Assembly: GCA_965226055.1 (NCBI GenBank)
Contig: CBDDCA010000006.1
Span: forward strand, 480,001 to 544,000
From: Spirochaetia bacterium
Lineage (GTDB): Bacteria; Spirochaetota; Spirochaetia; WTKD01; G963693115
DNA: 64,000 bases
Direction: 5' to 3'
The position numbers and the translations under genes are program-made. The notes beneath the pieces are model-generated. The model saw nothing but the letters and a program-made list of their open reading frames with translations, was not told the DNA's origin and made no database searches. Of the stretch, positions 33,843 through 45,400 are shown in pieces; within the stretch, counting starts at the first letter, position 1, and each line of letters opens with the position of its first letter.

Positions 33843-34644
33843 TCATGTGTTTATTTTTTTGTTATTACTCATATTGACTCATTACGGTTTTACCCAATCC
33901 ACAAGTACCAATGAACCTATAAATTGGTATACTAACTTAGATTTTGCAAAAGCAACAGCCCAAGAATATAAAAAACCACTATTTCTTTTTTTTATTGGAA
34001 CGCAACCTTCCGCATTATCCAACAGTGTGTACAACAGTACCCTCTCAAATGAAATTATCGTAAATAAAATCAACAACCAGTTTATTCCCGTAAAGATACA
34101 AGGAGACAATATTTTACAACGTGAATACAATGTAAATCGTTTTCCTACATTGCTGATACTAAATTACACAGATAACTCCGAGTTAAGTAGACTCAGCGGT
34201 ATTATCTCATCTGATAATGTATTTGCTTTGTTAGATAGTACCATAAGCACTATTGCAAATGATGGAGTAGTAACTACTTCAGACAATATGAGCAATGCTA
34301 ACTCCACTAATACAATACAATCAGTGACTATCTACAAATACGATGCTGGAGCATTCCTCTCTTTAGGAGATGAAAAATGGATACACAGCACTCCATTATA
34401 CCCAAGGATAGATTTTTCTCAGTTTAATAGCGATGACAAATACATCATGCTCGCAAACAGAGAGCTTAATGTTTATTTTGCTATCCCTATCAAAGGAAAA
34501 GGCACTTTTTGGACACTTAAAAAAGCAGAAAATGAAGATGATAATGCATGGGTTGTAGCAGGAAAAATTACTATGGCTCAAAACGGGACAGTATTTGACT
34601 ATATCAAAGATAATAGTCTTATCGGACAAGAAAACGAGGAATAA
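33826..34644 (+). CDS. Exported thioredoxin-fold protein lacking CXXC
   Basis: Signal peptide, [44 protein letters not shown]. No cysteine anywhere in the protein. Confidence 0.65.
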   Translation: MKRIHNHVFIFLLLLILTHYGFTQSTSTNEPINWYTNLDFAKATAQEYKKPLFLFFIGTQPSALSNSVYNSTLSNEIIVNKINNQFIPVKIQGDNILQREYNVNRFPTLLILNYTDNSELSRLSGIISSDNVFALLDSTISTIANDGVVTTSDNMSNANSTNTIQSVTIYKYDAGAFLSLGDEKWIHSTPLYPRIDFSQFNSDDKYIMLANRELNVYFAIPIKGKGTFWTLKKAENEDDNAWVVAGKITMAQNGTVFDYIKDNSLIGQENEE

Positions 34645-34661
34645 CAATACTACTTTCTTAG

Positions 34662-35768
34662 ATGTACTGCTATGTCCTAGAGAACAGCACTGATATTTAT
34701 ACAGGTTTAGCGTTAGAGCAGTTTTTTTTTAATAGCTACATTGCCCAACAACATTCCTCGTCTCAACACAAAAGCGTTCCTAGCAATAAAAGTATACTTG
34801 GGGAATGTATTGTTTTATTCTGGCAAAGTCAGACCTGCGTTGTAATTGGCCGAAACCAAAACCCTTTGTATGAATGTAATCTTTCCTATATGAAAAAGCA
34901 TAATGTACTCCTCGCACGAAGAGACAGTGGAGGAGGTGCTGTGTACCATGATGCACAAAATATAAATATATGTATTATCTCTGCTGCTCACGAACAACAA
35001 ATAGAAAAAAATTTACTCTGTTTTAAGACATTGCTTGCTTCATTGGGAGTAGACGCTACCATAACAAAACGCAATGATTTAATGATACAAAACAAAAAAA
35101 TCTCAGGAAGTGCAATGCGTTACAGTAAACAAACTCTCATGCATCACTTTACCTTATTATTATCACCAAATGCTACAAATATCACCACTGCATTACAAGC
35201 AAAACATAAACAGAGTATTGCTTCTTTTAGTACATCATCGTTTCATTCTGACATTACAGGTACATATCTCAGCTACAAGCAAATAACAGAGGCATTTGTT
35301 CATAATAGCGATCAACTTGCCTCTATCCTATATATTCATAATGAATTTGGAATAAATACTCCTGCTCCTACTCACATAACATATATAAAGGATATACACT
35401 CTTTTACTGAACAATATGCACAAAATATACAAAACAAGTCTACAATACCTTTGCTTGATACCGAAAGAAAACGACTTGCAAGCACAGAATGGATATACAA
35501 AAAGAGTCCCCCATTCACTATCACCGTACGCTTTGAACAAGAAGAATTAGCTCCATTTGACATTCACTCAGACAGTACGGTTTTCCGTATAACATGTAAG
35601 CATGGGTGCATACAATCGATACAAGATGATACACACAAGATCCTCTATACATCTGACACCACAGATCCTATTATTGTTTCATATACATCGTTGTTGCAAG
35701 CAAGTAAAGTATCAAAATATGCTATAATAAGGGTAGTAGTAAAAAAACTTCTTTCGTTGTTTTTTTAA
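34662..35768 (+). CDS. lplA: Lipoate-protein ligase A family
   Basis: [32 protein letters not shown]. Confidence 0.88.
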   Translation: MYCYVLENSTDIYTGLALEQFFFNSYIAQQHSSSQHKSVPSNKSILGECIVLFWQSQTCVVIGRNQNPLYECNLSYMKKHNVLLARRDSGGGAVYHDAQNINICIISAAHEQQIEKNLLCFKTLLASLGVDATITKRNDLMIQNKKISGSAMRYSKQTLMHHFTLLLSPNATNITTALQAKHKQSIASFSTSSFHSDITGTYLSYKQITEAFVHNSDQLASILYIHNEFGINTPAPTHITYIKDIHSFTEQYAQNIQNKSTIPLLDTERKRLASTEWIYKKSPPFTITVRFEQEELAPFDIHSDSTVFRITCKHGCIQSIQDDTHKILYTSDTTDPIIVSYTSLLQASKVSKYAIIRVVVKKLLSLFF

Positions 35769-35794
35769 TTTTATGTATTGTAAGGGAGAATAAC

Positions 35795-36493
35795 ATGAGT
35801 ATTCATATAAATGCACCAGAAGGTAGTGTTGCAGACAGTGTTTTATTGCCTGGAGATCCAAAAAGAGCAAAGTTTATTGCTGACACTTTCTTAGAAGGGG
35901 CAATATGCTATAACGAAGTACGTGCAGCCTATGGGTTTACTGGTACATATAAAGGAAAGCGGGTATCAGTGCAGGCAACAGGTATGGGTCAACCATCCGC
36001 TGCTATTTATATAAATGAACTTATCTCATCATACAAAGTAAAAAAACTTATCCGTGTAGGCTCTTGTGGTTCTATACAAAAAGATCTGCAATTAAGAGAC
36101 ATCATTGTTGCGCTATCAGCTTCCACTGATTCTAATATGAACGCATTACGCTTTAGAGGATTGCAATATGCAGCTACCGCTCATGAAGAGCTATTGTTTC
36201 AGTGTTATGAATATTGTAAAAACAAGCATCCTTCGGTACAGTATGGCTCGGTATTTTCTTCTGATACATTTTATCACGATGATACAGAAATGTGGAAAAT
36301 GTGGGCAGATCATGGAGTAAAAGCAATAGAAATGGAAACAGCTCAGCTCTATACACTTGCAGCAAAACATTCAGTACAAGCACTCAGCATACTTACGGTA
36401 AGTGATAGCATTATTACATCCGAAGAAACGAGTGCAGATGAACGAGAAAGAACATTTACTGATATGATGGATATTGCATTACATATTGCATAA
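35795..36493 (+). CDS. deoD: Purine nucleoside phosphorylase
   Basis: [32 protein letters not shown]. Confidence 0.96.
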   Translation: MSIHINAPEGSVADSVLLPGDPKRAKFIADTFLEGAICYNEVRAAYGFTGTYKGKRVSVQATGMGQPSAAIYINELISSYKVKKLIRVGSCGSIQKDLQLRDIIVALSASTDSNMNALRFRGLQYAATAHEELLFQCYEYCKNKHPSVQYGSVFSSDTFYHDDTEMWKMWADHGVKAIEMETAQLYTLAAKHSVQALSILTVSDSIITSEETSADERERTFTDMMDIALHIA

Positions 36494-36522
36494 TGTTGTG
36501 CCTATAAGTATCTCCTTGTATT

Positions 36523-37062
36523 GTGTGTTTATATTATATAGCCCTTGTTCCGCCTCATACACTAAGGCAGAACATACGCACGATACAAGAAAGTCTTAAA
36601 GCACGCTATAAGGTTGCACATGCACTAAAATCTCCTCCACACATTACACTACAAAAGCCATTTAAGAGAAATGATATACAAGAGAACAGACTGGTATCTA
36701 CCCTTGATGCTTTTGCCACTCAACAAAGCCCTTTTATGATTACATTACAATCATTTTCCCATTTCAATCAAAGAGTGCTTTACATTGCTATTAAAGATTC
36801 TAGTATCATTATTTCACTGGCAAACAAATTACAAAAAGAGCTTAGAGAAACTGTACAATTAAGCACCCATGAGCATACCCATATTACTCATCCTCATATC
36901 ACTATTGCTGCTCGTGATATGGATGCAACAGTATTTTCAAACATATGGAAAGAGCTACAAATAAAGCATTTTTCACACACATGGATCATCAATAGTATGT
37001 GCCTGTTAAAACATAATGGAACTGCATGGGATATACTGCATCACAGTCATTTTGCACAATAG
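36523..37062 (+). CDS. 2H phosphoesterase / 2'-5' RNA ligase family protein
   Basis: Two HxT motifs (PHITL, HPHITI). Confidence 0.8.
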   Translation: MCLYYIALVPPHTLRQNIRTIQESLKARYKVAHALKSPPHITLQKPFKRNDIQENRLVSTLDAFATQQSPFMITLQSFSHFNQRVLYIAIKDSSIIISLANKLQKELRETVQLSTHEHTHITHPHITIAARDMDATVFSNIWKELQIKHFSHTWIINSMCLLKHNGTAWDILHHSHFAQ

Positions 37063-37118
37063 CTTTTCAGTACCCCTCAAGTCAAATAGAAGAAACATAT
37101 TTTCTCATACAGCTCATA

Positions 37119-39035
37119 TTACGATAGCATAATTTTCTTTACTGCTTTTGTAGAAAGACGTATTCCTTTACTTCCCATCCCTTTCGGAGCATAACTGTCA
37201 ATAGCAAACTCTTCTTGTAGCTTTTTAATACGAGGTGCAGGGGTATACTCCAAGCGTAACACAACATTTGTTTTATTAGTAAAACGCAACAGTGTACAGT
37301 CATCAGGAATATATGAGTACACTTTATTGATAAGAAATTTTTCTACCTTAAACCGTTTGATATATGTATGTTTCTCGTTCTTCTTTTCTCCTTTTTTACT
37401 ATATACTGCAGTAAAAATAAGTTTCTCAAGTTTCTCTTTCTCTACAACTCCTATTGAAAGTACATCTTTTCCAATAAATTGTTTCTTATTTGCATTTAGT
37501 ACCATCCATGTACCATCTTTCTTAAACAGAATAATTTTATCCAATGGAGATATATCCGCTATTTTTTTTCCTTTACTCAAAGTATATCCCATATATCCAC
37601 TACTACTATCATACAGAAAACTAAGATTACGCTGTAGCACATCTTTCTCTTTTACTTGTTCAAAAGAAATAATTTCTGTTTTACGTAGAAACATATCTTT
37701 ATACGCATTAAGTATTCTCGTAAGATACTCAATAGTATATGGCAATATATGTCGTATATTATAGGTAACCGTTTTTAGCTGAACAAGTAACTCTTTTAGC
37801 TCTTTTTTATGCTTATGTATATCATATGCCGAAATTCTTCGTATAGGAATCTTCAATAAATGCTCAGTATCCTCATCTGTATACAAACGATAAAACTCCT
37901 TTTTAAATTTCATCATTTCTTGTTTTGTTATGTCTCGCACGGACTCTGCTGTTTTACACGTTTCAATTTGCTTATACACTTTTTCTTCAATAAAAATTCG
38001 TTCAAGGGTACGAACATGTATTTTATCTTCTATCTTTTGTTTGTCTACTTGTAACTCTTGTTGTAATATAGCAGGAGTTCTTTTTTTATAATATTCAATG
38101 ATATAAGTACTTGTCATTTGTATAGGCTGATTATCACAAATAACAACAGGGTTCAACGAAATAGAAGTTTCACAGTCAGTAAAAGCATAGAGAGAATCTA
38201 CAATATCTTTTGCATACACTCCACGTGGCAATGTAAGTACAATTTCAATTTTATCAGAAGTATAATCACTTATTCCTGCTATATTGATTTTGCCACTTTT
38301 TGCTGCATTTTCTACAGAATGAATACATTTTTCTGTAGTAACTCCATAGGGTAATTCGGTAATCACTATTTGTTTTGGATTACTTGTATCGAGCTTGGCT
38401 CTCATACGAATTTTTCCCATGCCATCATTGTATTCTGATACATCTACAAAAGCAGCACTGGGAAAATCAGGATACACAACAAAAGGCTTATCTTGCAAAG
38501 AATGTATAAGCGCTTGGATAACTTCACAAAAATTATGTGGTACCATAGTAGTAGCCATGACTACCGCAATTCCTTCTGCTCCTGTTATAAGGATAAGTGG
38601 TATTTTTGCAGGAAAGGTTACAGGCTCTTTGTTTCTCCCATCATACGAATCAACATACTCAGTAATTTCAGGAGAATACAGCAATTCTTTCGCAAGCACA
38701 TTGATGCGACATTCAATGTACCTTGCTGCAGAGGCAGGATCTCCTGTAGAAGGATTACCAAAATTCCCTTGTTTATCAATAAAAATATCTTTATTCGCAA
38801 GATGTACCAGAGCTTCGTAAATAGGCGTATCACCATGAGGATGATATTTTGTACAGTCCCCCACAACATTTGCTACCTTATGAAAACGTCCATCATCAAC
38901 AGAAAGCAGTGTATGTAATATTCTTCTTTGTACAGGTTTACACCCATCATCTACATGAGGAATTGAGCGCTCCTTAATTACATAAGAAGCATACTCAACA
39001 AAATTTTTTTTCATAATCTGTTCTACATATGGCAT
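37119..39035 (-). CDS. parC: DNA topoisomerase IV subunit A
   Basis: DGCKPVQRRIL, YHPHGD, AARYIE; short spirochaete-type C-terminus. Confidence 0.9.
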   Translation of the reverse strand: MPYVEQIMKKNFVEYASYVIKERSIPHVDDGCKPVQRRILHTLLSVDDGRFHKVANVVGDCTKYHPHGDTPIYEALVHLANKDIFIDKQGNFGNPSTGDPASAARYIECRINVLAKELLYSPEITEYVDSYDGRNKEPVTFPAKIPLILITGAEGIAVVMATTMVPHNFCEVIQALIHSLQDKPFVVYPDFPSAAFVDVSEYNDGMGKIRMRAKLDTSNPKQIVITELPYGVTTEKCIHSVENAAKSGKINIAGISDYTSDKIEIVLTLPRGVYAKDIVDSLYAFTDCETSISLNPVVICDNQPIQMTSTYIIEYYKKRTPAILQQELQVDKQKIEDKIHVRTLERIFIEEKVYKQIETCKTAESVRDITKQEMMKFKKEFYRLYTDEDTEHLLKIPIRRISAYDIHKHKKELKELLVQLKTVTYNIRHILPYTIEYLTRILNAYKDMFLRKTEIISFEQVKEKDVLQRNLSFLYDSSSGYMGYTLSKGKKIADISPLDKIILFKKDGTWMVLNANKKQFIGKDVLSIGVVEKEKLEKLIFTAVYSKKGEKKNEKHTYIKRFKVEKFLINKVYSYIPDDCTLLRFTNKTNVVLRLEYTPAPRIKKLQEEFAIDSYAPKGMGSKGIRLSTKAVKKIMLS

Positions 39036-39075
39036 AGGACTTCCTCTTTATAATACATAGTGGTATGGCTGCTAT

Positions 39076-40908
39076 TTATACAAGATGTTCTTTGATAAAC
39101 TCTTTTCTTGTTTCGGTATTTTTTCCCATATAAAATTGCAATATTTCAGGTATTTCACGTATTTTTTTTATGGTAACAGGTTCTAGTTTAATATTTTCTC
39201 CAATAAACTGTCCAAACTCATGAGGAGATATTTCCCCCAATCCCTTAAAGCGCGTTACTTCAGGCTTAGACATTGCATGTATTGCTTTATCACGTTCAGC
39301 AACAGTATAACAATATCGTAGTTCCTGCTTATTCCTTACCCTAAACAGAGGGGTTTCAAGAATATATACATGATTATGCAATACAATAGTTTCAAAAAAT
39401 GTAAGAAAAAAAGTCATAATAAGATTACGAATATGAAACCCATCAAAATCAGCATCTGTTGCTATTACAATCTTCTCAAAACGTAAATTATCTTCATTTG
39501 TATCTATTCCTAACGCAACCATTAAGTGATACAGCTCAGAATCTTTATATATCTTTGTTCGTTTTCCATCTACGACATTTGCCAATTTTCCTCGCAAAGA
39601 AAAAATGGCCTGTGTGTATACATTTCGCGACGGAACAATAGAACCTGTAGCCGAATGTCCTTCAGTGATGAAAATCATAGTGTCTTGCCCTTTTTCTTTG
39701 TGATCACGATGTAATTTACAATCACGAAAATTTGGGACTTTAAGGGATACTTTTTTTGCAGCATCGCGTGCTTCTTTTCTGACAGAAAGAAGCTCATTTC
39801 TCAGCTTTCTATTTTGCTCTAATTTTTCCAACAATACAGTAGCAAATTGTTTGTTCTTATACAACATATCTACTATTGCATCACGTGTTTGTTGCACGAT
39901 AGATGTTCTAATTTCTGTATTTCCTAATTTATTTTTTGTTTGACTTTCAAACACTGGATTTTCTAATTTAATAGATACTGCTGATACCAGCCCTTCTCGT
40001 ACATCTCCCGAAGTATAACTTTTGTTATAAAATTCATTTACTCCTCTTAAAAATCCTTCTAAGAATGCACTTAAATGCGTTCCTCCATCTACCGTATATT
40101 GCCCATTTACAAAAGAAAAATATAATGGATTGTCATTATGCATATGAGTAAACGCAAACTCTAACTTTTCCTGTTGCAGTCGAATAATCGTATAGATAGC
40201 TTTTTCTGCAACCTCATTTTCTAATAGATCGGCAAGACCATTATGTGATATAAAACTGCTATTATTAAAAACAATTTCTAATTTTGGATGTAAGTATGCA
40301 TAGTTCCAGAGGCGTCTTGTTATAATCTCTTCATCAAATACATAATCCTTAAATATTTCTGCATCAGGAATAAATTCAAACAAAGCTCCGTCAGGTTCTT
40401 TGCTGTTTCCTTGACTTTCCTCTACTAACTTGCCTTGCTTAAAAATTGCTTTTTTATATTTCTTATCTCTATAGGAACATACCATAAAATACGAGGATAA
40501 CGCATTTACTGCTTTTGTTCCTACACCATTTAATCCTACACTAAATTGAAATACATCGCTGTTATACTTTGCTCCTGTATTTATTACCGATACACATTCT
40601 ATCACTTTCCCAAGCGGTATCCCTCTTCCATAATCTCGTACCGATACTTTTTTCTCTTTCTCTGCATATTGCACCTGTATTTTCTTTCCATGTCCCATGA
40701 TATATTCATCTATACTATTATCTATAACTTCCTTCAAAAGTACATAGATACCATCATCCTGATTAGAACCATCTCCAATCCTTCCTATATACATGCCTGA
40801 ACGAAGACGAATATGCTCCAGAGAACCAAGTGTTTTTATTTTACTTTCATCATATATTTTTGATGAAGATACTCCATTTTGTTTTTCTTTCTGAGATTTT
40901 TTTGGCAT
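39076..40908 (-). CDS. parE: DNA topoisomerase IV subunit B
   Basis: EVIDNSIDE, DYGRGIP, GLNGVG, TEGHSA, ATDADFDG, RFKGLGE. Start re-called at MPKKSQ (AGAGGGG SD); the longer ORF-track start lies inside the IS end. Confidence 0.9.
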   Translation of the reverse strand: MPKKSQKEKQNGVSSSKIYDESKIKTLGSLEHIRLRSGMYIGRIGDGSNQDDGIYVLLKEVIDNSIDEYIMGHGKKIQVQYAEKEKKVSVRDYGRGIPLGKVIECVSVINTGAKYNSDVFQFSVGLNGVGTKAVNALSSYFMVCSYRDKKYKKAIFKQGKLVEESQGNSKEPDGALFEFIPDAEIFKDYVFDEEIITRRLWNYAYLHPKLEIVFNNSSFISHNGLADLLENEVAEKAIYTIIRLQQEKLEFAFTHMHNDNPLYFSFVNGQYTVDGGTHLSAFLEGFLRGVNEFYNKSYTSGDVREGLVSAVSIKLENPVFESQTKNKLGNTEIRTSIVQQTRDAIVDMLYKNKQFATVLLEKLEQNRKLRNELLSVRKEARDAAKKVSLKVPNFRDCKLHRDHKEKGQDTMIFITEGHSATGSIVPSRNVYTQAIFSLRGKLANVVDGKRTKIYKDSELYHLMVALGIDTNEDNLRFEKIVIATDADFDGFHIRNLIMTFFLTFFETIVLHNHVYILETPLFRVRNKQELRYCYTVAERDKAIHAMSKPEVTRFKGLGEISPHEFGQFIGENIKLEPVTIKKIREIPEILQFYMGKNTETRKEFIKEHLV

Positions 40909-40924
40909 AGCCCCTCTTATGTAG

Positions 40925-40953
40925 AGTATAGAGCATTTTTTAATTGTATACAA
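40925..40953 (-). promoter_or_regulatory. Sigma70 promoter of parE-parC
   Basis: TTGTAT-N17-TATACT on the minus strand. Confidence 0.65.
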
Positions 40954-40971
40954 GAAAACAACAAGAGAGGT

Positions 40972-42052
40972 CACGAGTTCAAGGATTAAATGCGACAAAG
41001 GAGCAAAAAAAGTAAGAAAAAATAAAAAAAGGAGACACTCTATAATTGTATAAACGAAACAAATTAGGAGGTCTCCTTTATGAGTATACCAAAAAACTCA
41101 TTTCGTCATCTGACAGACAAAGATCGTACTATTATCGCTACGCTCCGTCATGCAAAGTACAGTATCAATGCTATAGCCAAACGCCTCAGTGTCCATCGCA
41201 GCACTGTCTATCGTGAAATACAACGCAATGGAGGCAAACATGTCTATAATGAAGTCATTGCTCACAGACAGGCAAGAAAACGATGGGATAAGAGCCATAA
41301 AAAACTCTCTATTCCTTCTCATACTATTCGTACCTATATCGTTTTTCACCTTATATTCGATGGCTGGTCGCCTGAACAAATAGCAGGAAGGCTCAGTATT
41401 GATATGCCTCAGTATACTATCAGTCATGAGACAATATATCACTTTATTTATCGTTTTGCTCCTCATTTGACACAGTATCTGCGAAAACAGCACCAAACAC
41501 GCAAAAAAAGAAGAGTATCTCGTTCTTTTTCTGTTTCTCGTATCCCTCATCGTGTCTCAGTACACGAACGAGGCGATGTTTCTAATGAATATGGCCACTG
41601 GGAAGTAGATCTTGTTGGCTCTTCTTCAAAAGCTACTGTGCTTGCTTTAGTGGAAAAACATACCCGTTATGTTCTTTTTCATAAGATACCTGACAAAACT
41701 GCTCATACCGTACAGTATGGCATGCTCTTTGCTCTAAGGAACATACCACGCCATTTATGTAACAGTTTCACTTATGATAATGGGAGTGAATTTATGCTCC
41801 ATACTGAAATAAATACACGCTTGAATGCTCGTTCTTATTTTTGTACTCCTTACTGTGCTTGGGAAAAAGGATTAGTCGAACATTCTATTGGATTATTACG
41901 TCAGTACTTTCCTAAGAAGACTTTGTTTCATAGAATCAAGCAAAGTGATATACTACAAGTACAAACGCTTATCAATCATAGACCACGAAAATGTCTTCAT
42001 TTTTTGACCCCTGCTGAAGCCTTTTCTGTCGCATTTAGTCCTTGAATCCGCA
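40972..42052 (+). mobile_element. Intact IS30-family insertion sequence, 1081 bp, 26-bp imperfect IRs, GGT target duplication
   Basis: IRL cacgagttcaaggattaaatgcgaca and IRR tgtcgcatttagtccttgaatccgca, with ggt on both flanks (40969-40971 and 42053-42055). Confidence 0.93.
41080..42045 (+). CDS. IS30 family DDE transposase
   Basis: N-terminal HTH (HRSTVYREIQRN), WSPEQIAG, GHWEVD, TYDNGSEF, WEKGLVE, LRQYFPK, NHRPRKCL. The stop codon lies inside the IRR. Confidence 0.95.
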   Translation: MSIPKNSFRHLTDKDRTIIATLRHAKYSINAIAKRLSVHRSTVYREIQRNGGKHVYNEVIAHRQARKRWDKSHKKLSIPSHTIRTYIVFHLIFDGWSPEQIAGRLSIDMPQYTISHETIYHFIYRFAPHLTQYLRKQHQTRKKRRVSRSFSVSRIPHRVSVHERGDVSNEYGHWEVDLVGSSSKATVLALVEKHTRYVLFHKIPDKTAHTVQYGMLFALRNIPRHLCNSFTYDNGSEFMLHTEINTRLNARSYFCTPYCAWEKGLVEHSIGLLRQYFPKKTLFHRIKQSDILQVQTLINHRPRKCLHFLTPAEAFSVAFSP

Positions 42053-42388
42053 GGTTGTACTTTTACCATCTCGTATGATCCTCAAAATCCATGATAGCAA
42101 CTTGCGATTGCTTGAACACTCAATATAATATAAATAGTATATAATAAACAAAGTAGTAGAACAGAGATGAACGTTCTGAATTACTTCGTAATAAAAGACA
42201 CTATATCAACACAAAAAAAATAATTTTATCAGAAGAAAGAGAGTGGATATATAGGTCTATACCTGAATTAAGAAAGGAGTATACTTTACTCTATATGTAT
42301 TCTCCTATTTTATGTGATAGTCTAAATCTTCGTAGAGTGTAAATTAACATATCTTATATATGCCTTCCTAAGACTTTGCATAGTGCCT

Positions 42389-42422
42389 TATAGCAAGAAA
42401 GGAGCTATCCTTTCTTGCTATA
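42389..42422. terminator. Hairpin downstream of the FN3/DUF285 lipoprotein gene
   Basis: tatagcaagaaagga-gcta-tcctttcttgctata, perfect 15-bp stem. Confidence 0.75.
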
Positions 42423-42442
42423 GGTTGTATTTCTATACTATA

Positions 42443-45400
42443 TTACGATGAAGGACATGCTACTTTATCAGTGCTGTCTTTTGGATATTGTGCTGTTTTA
42501 CTCACCATAGCCGAACGTTGAAAATCACCTCTATTTATGGTAGTTTTACACAATCTCCATGATGATAAATTTTGATTAAATGCGGTTGCACTAACAAACA
42601 TAAAATCAACATCAGTAACATTACTCACATTCCATTTTCCTATATCTTGATTAAATGCAGTTGCTTGAAAAAACATATAGGACATATCCTCTACATTCCC
42701 CATATTCCACTGTGTTATATCTCCATTAAAAGTACTACTATTAAATAACAAACTCATTTCAGTAATAGCACTGGTATCTATCATGTTGAGGTTAGGGCTA
42801 GGGTTGTTGTTTCCTCCTGAACCTTGCCTTGTTTTTTCTTCACTGATAATAGTTTGAAGCTGTGCCTTTGTTGTTGGTCTGTAATAGGTAGCTGCTTTTC
42901 CTGATGGTGCTGTTCTTATATCTGTCCGTATAACGATAGTCGCTGGCACTTTTTTCTTTGAAGCAGTAAGAGTACACTGTGCTACATCATAGCTATACTC
43001 AGTAATAGCAGTGTCTCGTATATTGGACTTATTTGCTATGCCTGTTATGGTAACTGTTTTGCTACTCTGATCAAACGATACTGCTAGCCCTGTCTCTTTT
43101 TTGATTTTCTCTGCGTCTGCCTCCAGTATGTTTGCATCACAGGTAAAGGCATTGCCACTGGGTGTGCTTGCTAGTACTCTTGTAGTATTTGATGCTAGTG
43201 CTGTGCCTACTTCTGCTGATACTATGCTAGTGTTTCCTATAGCTATTCCTCTTGCTTCAAATTCGTGGCGTTGTCCTGTTGATGCTTTTGTGTCATCGGT
43301 GCTGTTTACTGCTTGTACGACTATTTCGTAGGTCGTTCCGTTTGTCAATCCTGTCAGGGTAGTGTTTGTTGTTCCTGCTGCTACTGTTGTAGGACTTGAG
43401 TCTGCTTGTTTTATTGCTGCTACATTTCTTGCACTGCCACCTTTGGCTACTTTGTATACTTTGTACGATACTTGTGCTACTGTTAGAGTGTCCCCTGTAT
43501 TTGCTTTGTGGCTTGCACTGAGGCTGGGAGCTGTCCACGATACTCTCATGCCTGTCTGGGCTACTCTTGTCTGTATAGTTGATACTTCTGCTGGGGCTGT
43601 CGCTTGTGATGCGGTTGTTACACTTGCCACTGTCGATACTGCTTTTTTACTTGTGTCTGTTTTTACTGCTACCTCTACCACAAAGTAGTACTTTGTCGCT
43701 CCTTTTATTGCTACTACTGGTGCTGTATCTGAAGATAAGCCTAAACTCGCAAGGGCTGGCACTGTGTACACTCCGCTACTTGCACTGCCTAGGTTTATCT
43801 TTCTGCCTGCAAGTACTTCTGCTACTGTAGGGTTAGTGTCTTTCTGTAAGCCATACACGGTGTATACTAGCTTGTCATTTGCTGTTATGCTTGTGCCATC
43901 GTAGTCTTTCGCTCCTGTAAATGTATTTAACTCGGTAAGTACCAGTTTTATTGTGCCTGTAGTATTTGTTGACTGTGATACTACCAGCTTTCCTGTGAGT
44001 AATGACTGATTTGGTGCTACTGCTTTGGAAGTATAGACTTCTTTTATTTCTGTTACATCGGTGTAAAAGCCTGCAGGAAAGAGCTTGTCGCTATTTGTTG
44101 CATCGTAATTGGGGGATGTTGTGTTTACTATCCTTACTCCTATGTAGTAGTCTTTTGCTGTTTCTATGGGTGTTGCTCCTGCATTGCTTCCACTGGTACT
44201 GTCCACTATTGGTATGGATATTGTGTCTTGAGTTGTTCCTGTTGCTTTTGTGTACTTTGCTACTTTTACACTACTTTTTTCCACTGCCCATAAAGCCGAT
44301 ACGCTGGCAGGCTTTCCTGTGCTATCTTCTTTCTTGAGGTAGAGCACATAGTAGGCAAGGTCTGTCGCTTCAAGGGCATTGCCATTTGCCTTACTCACTC
44401 CTGCTATAGATGAGGCATTTACTTGTACTGTTATGACTTTTTTCCCTCTATTGCCTCCTGTGGCAGGCACTGCAAATACTACTGCATTACTGTTAGTGTA
44501 GGTCGTTACTTTTGGTGTGCTTGGGGGAGCAGTAAGCGTTGCTTTCTTTATTGTTGCTGATGCTCCTATGCTATACGAGGGATTGAGACTGTTGATCGCT
44601 TCTACTCCTGCGGTATAGTCTGCTCCTTTCGTTCCTATAAATCTTACTTGTAAGGTACTGTCTCCTGCTATATTCTGTGTTTGTACTCCTGCAAGTCCTT
44701 TTATTGCCTCTAGTGTTTTTGTGCTGTGGTCTCCCTCTGCTATGTATACTTTGTACTGTATTTGTGCCTGTGTAAGTTTGCTTCCACTGGGTGCTTTGTT
44801 AGTATCAGTAATGTCTCCTGCACTAAATGTATAGACTGCTGTTGCTGTTATTTGGGTTACTGACTCTACAGAGAGCTTTGCATCTTTTGCAGCGGGCGGT
44901 GCTGTCGAGGTACTATCGTATACTGCCACAGTATCGGCAAGAGTAGTTACAGGACTTACTATGTTATTTGCTATTGTCAAAAAGGTAAAGCGATAATTCT
45001 TGGCATTTGCTTGTACTTTAGGCACTTCTAAGCCATCTGCTATCCCAAAAGTAATAGCTGTTACACTTGCTGTTATGCTTTTTTCTGCTACCAGTGTAGC
45101 TCCATCGTACATACGCAGAGTGTAGTAGCTTCCTATGCCTGGAGCTTGCTTAAATGTTGCTTTTATTTGTATTGCTCCCGTTGTGTCTAAGCTAGGCTTG
45201 TTTTGAAAAAGATCTTCTGACGGAGCTGTGGGTTGCGGAGTAGTTATGTCTTTTGTCGCTTGGCTACTTTTGTTTCCTGCATAGTCTATTGCTTGTATTG
45301 TTATGGTGTATGTTTTTCCTTGCACAAGTTCTTCGACAGAGAGTGCTGTCGTGGGATAGGGTATTTTTTTCTCATTTACTACTGTGGTGCTTGTGCCTTT

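Noticed and set aside
40909-40998. ORF-track N-terminal extension of parE, and similar extensions of rpoZ (23328), mnmG (31902), metE (60629), LPP20 (2594) and the DUF285 gene (23162)
   Set aside because: These starts fall in IS ends, -35 boxes or upstream genes. Downstream ATGs fit SD or promoter positions and family N-termini better.
41046-41059. 14-nt identity (TTGTATAAACGAAA) between the IS30 leader and the reverse strand of the 41-bp repeat
   Set aside because: A short AT-rich match with no extension; plausible by chance in 64 kb of AT-rich DNA.
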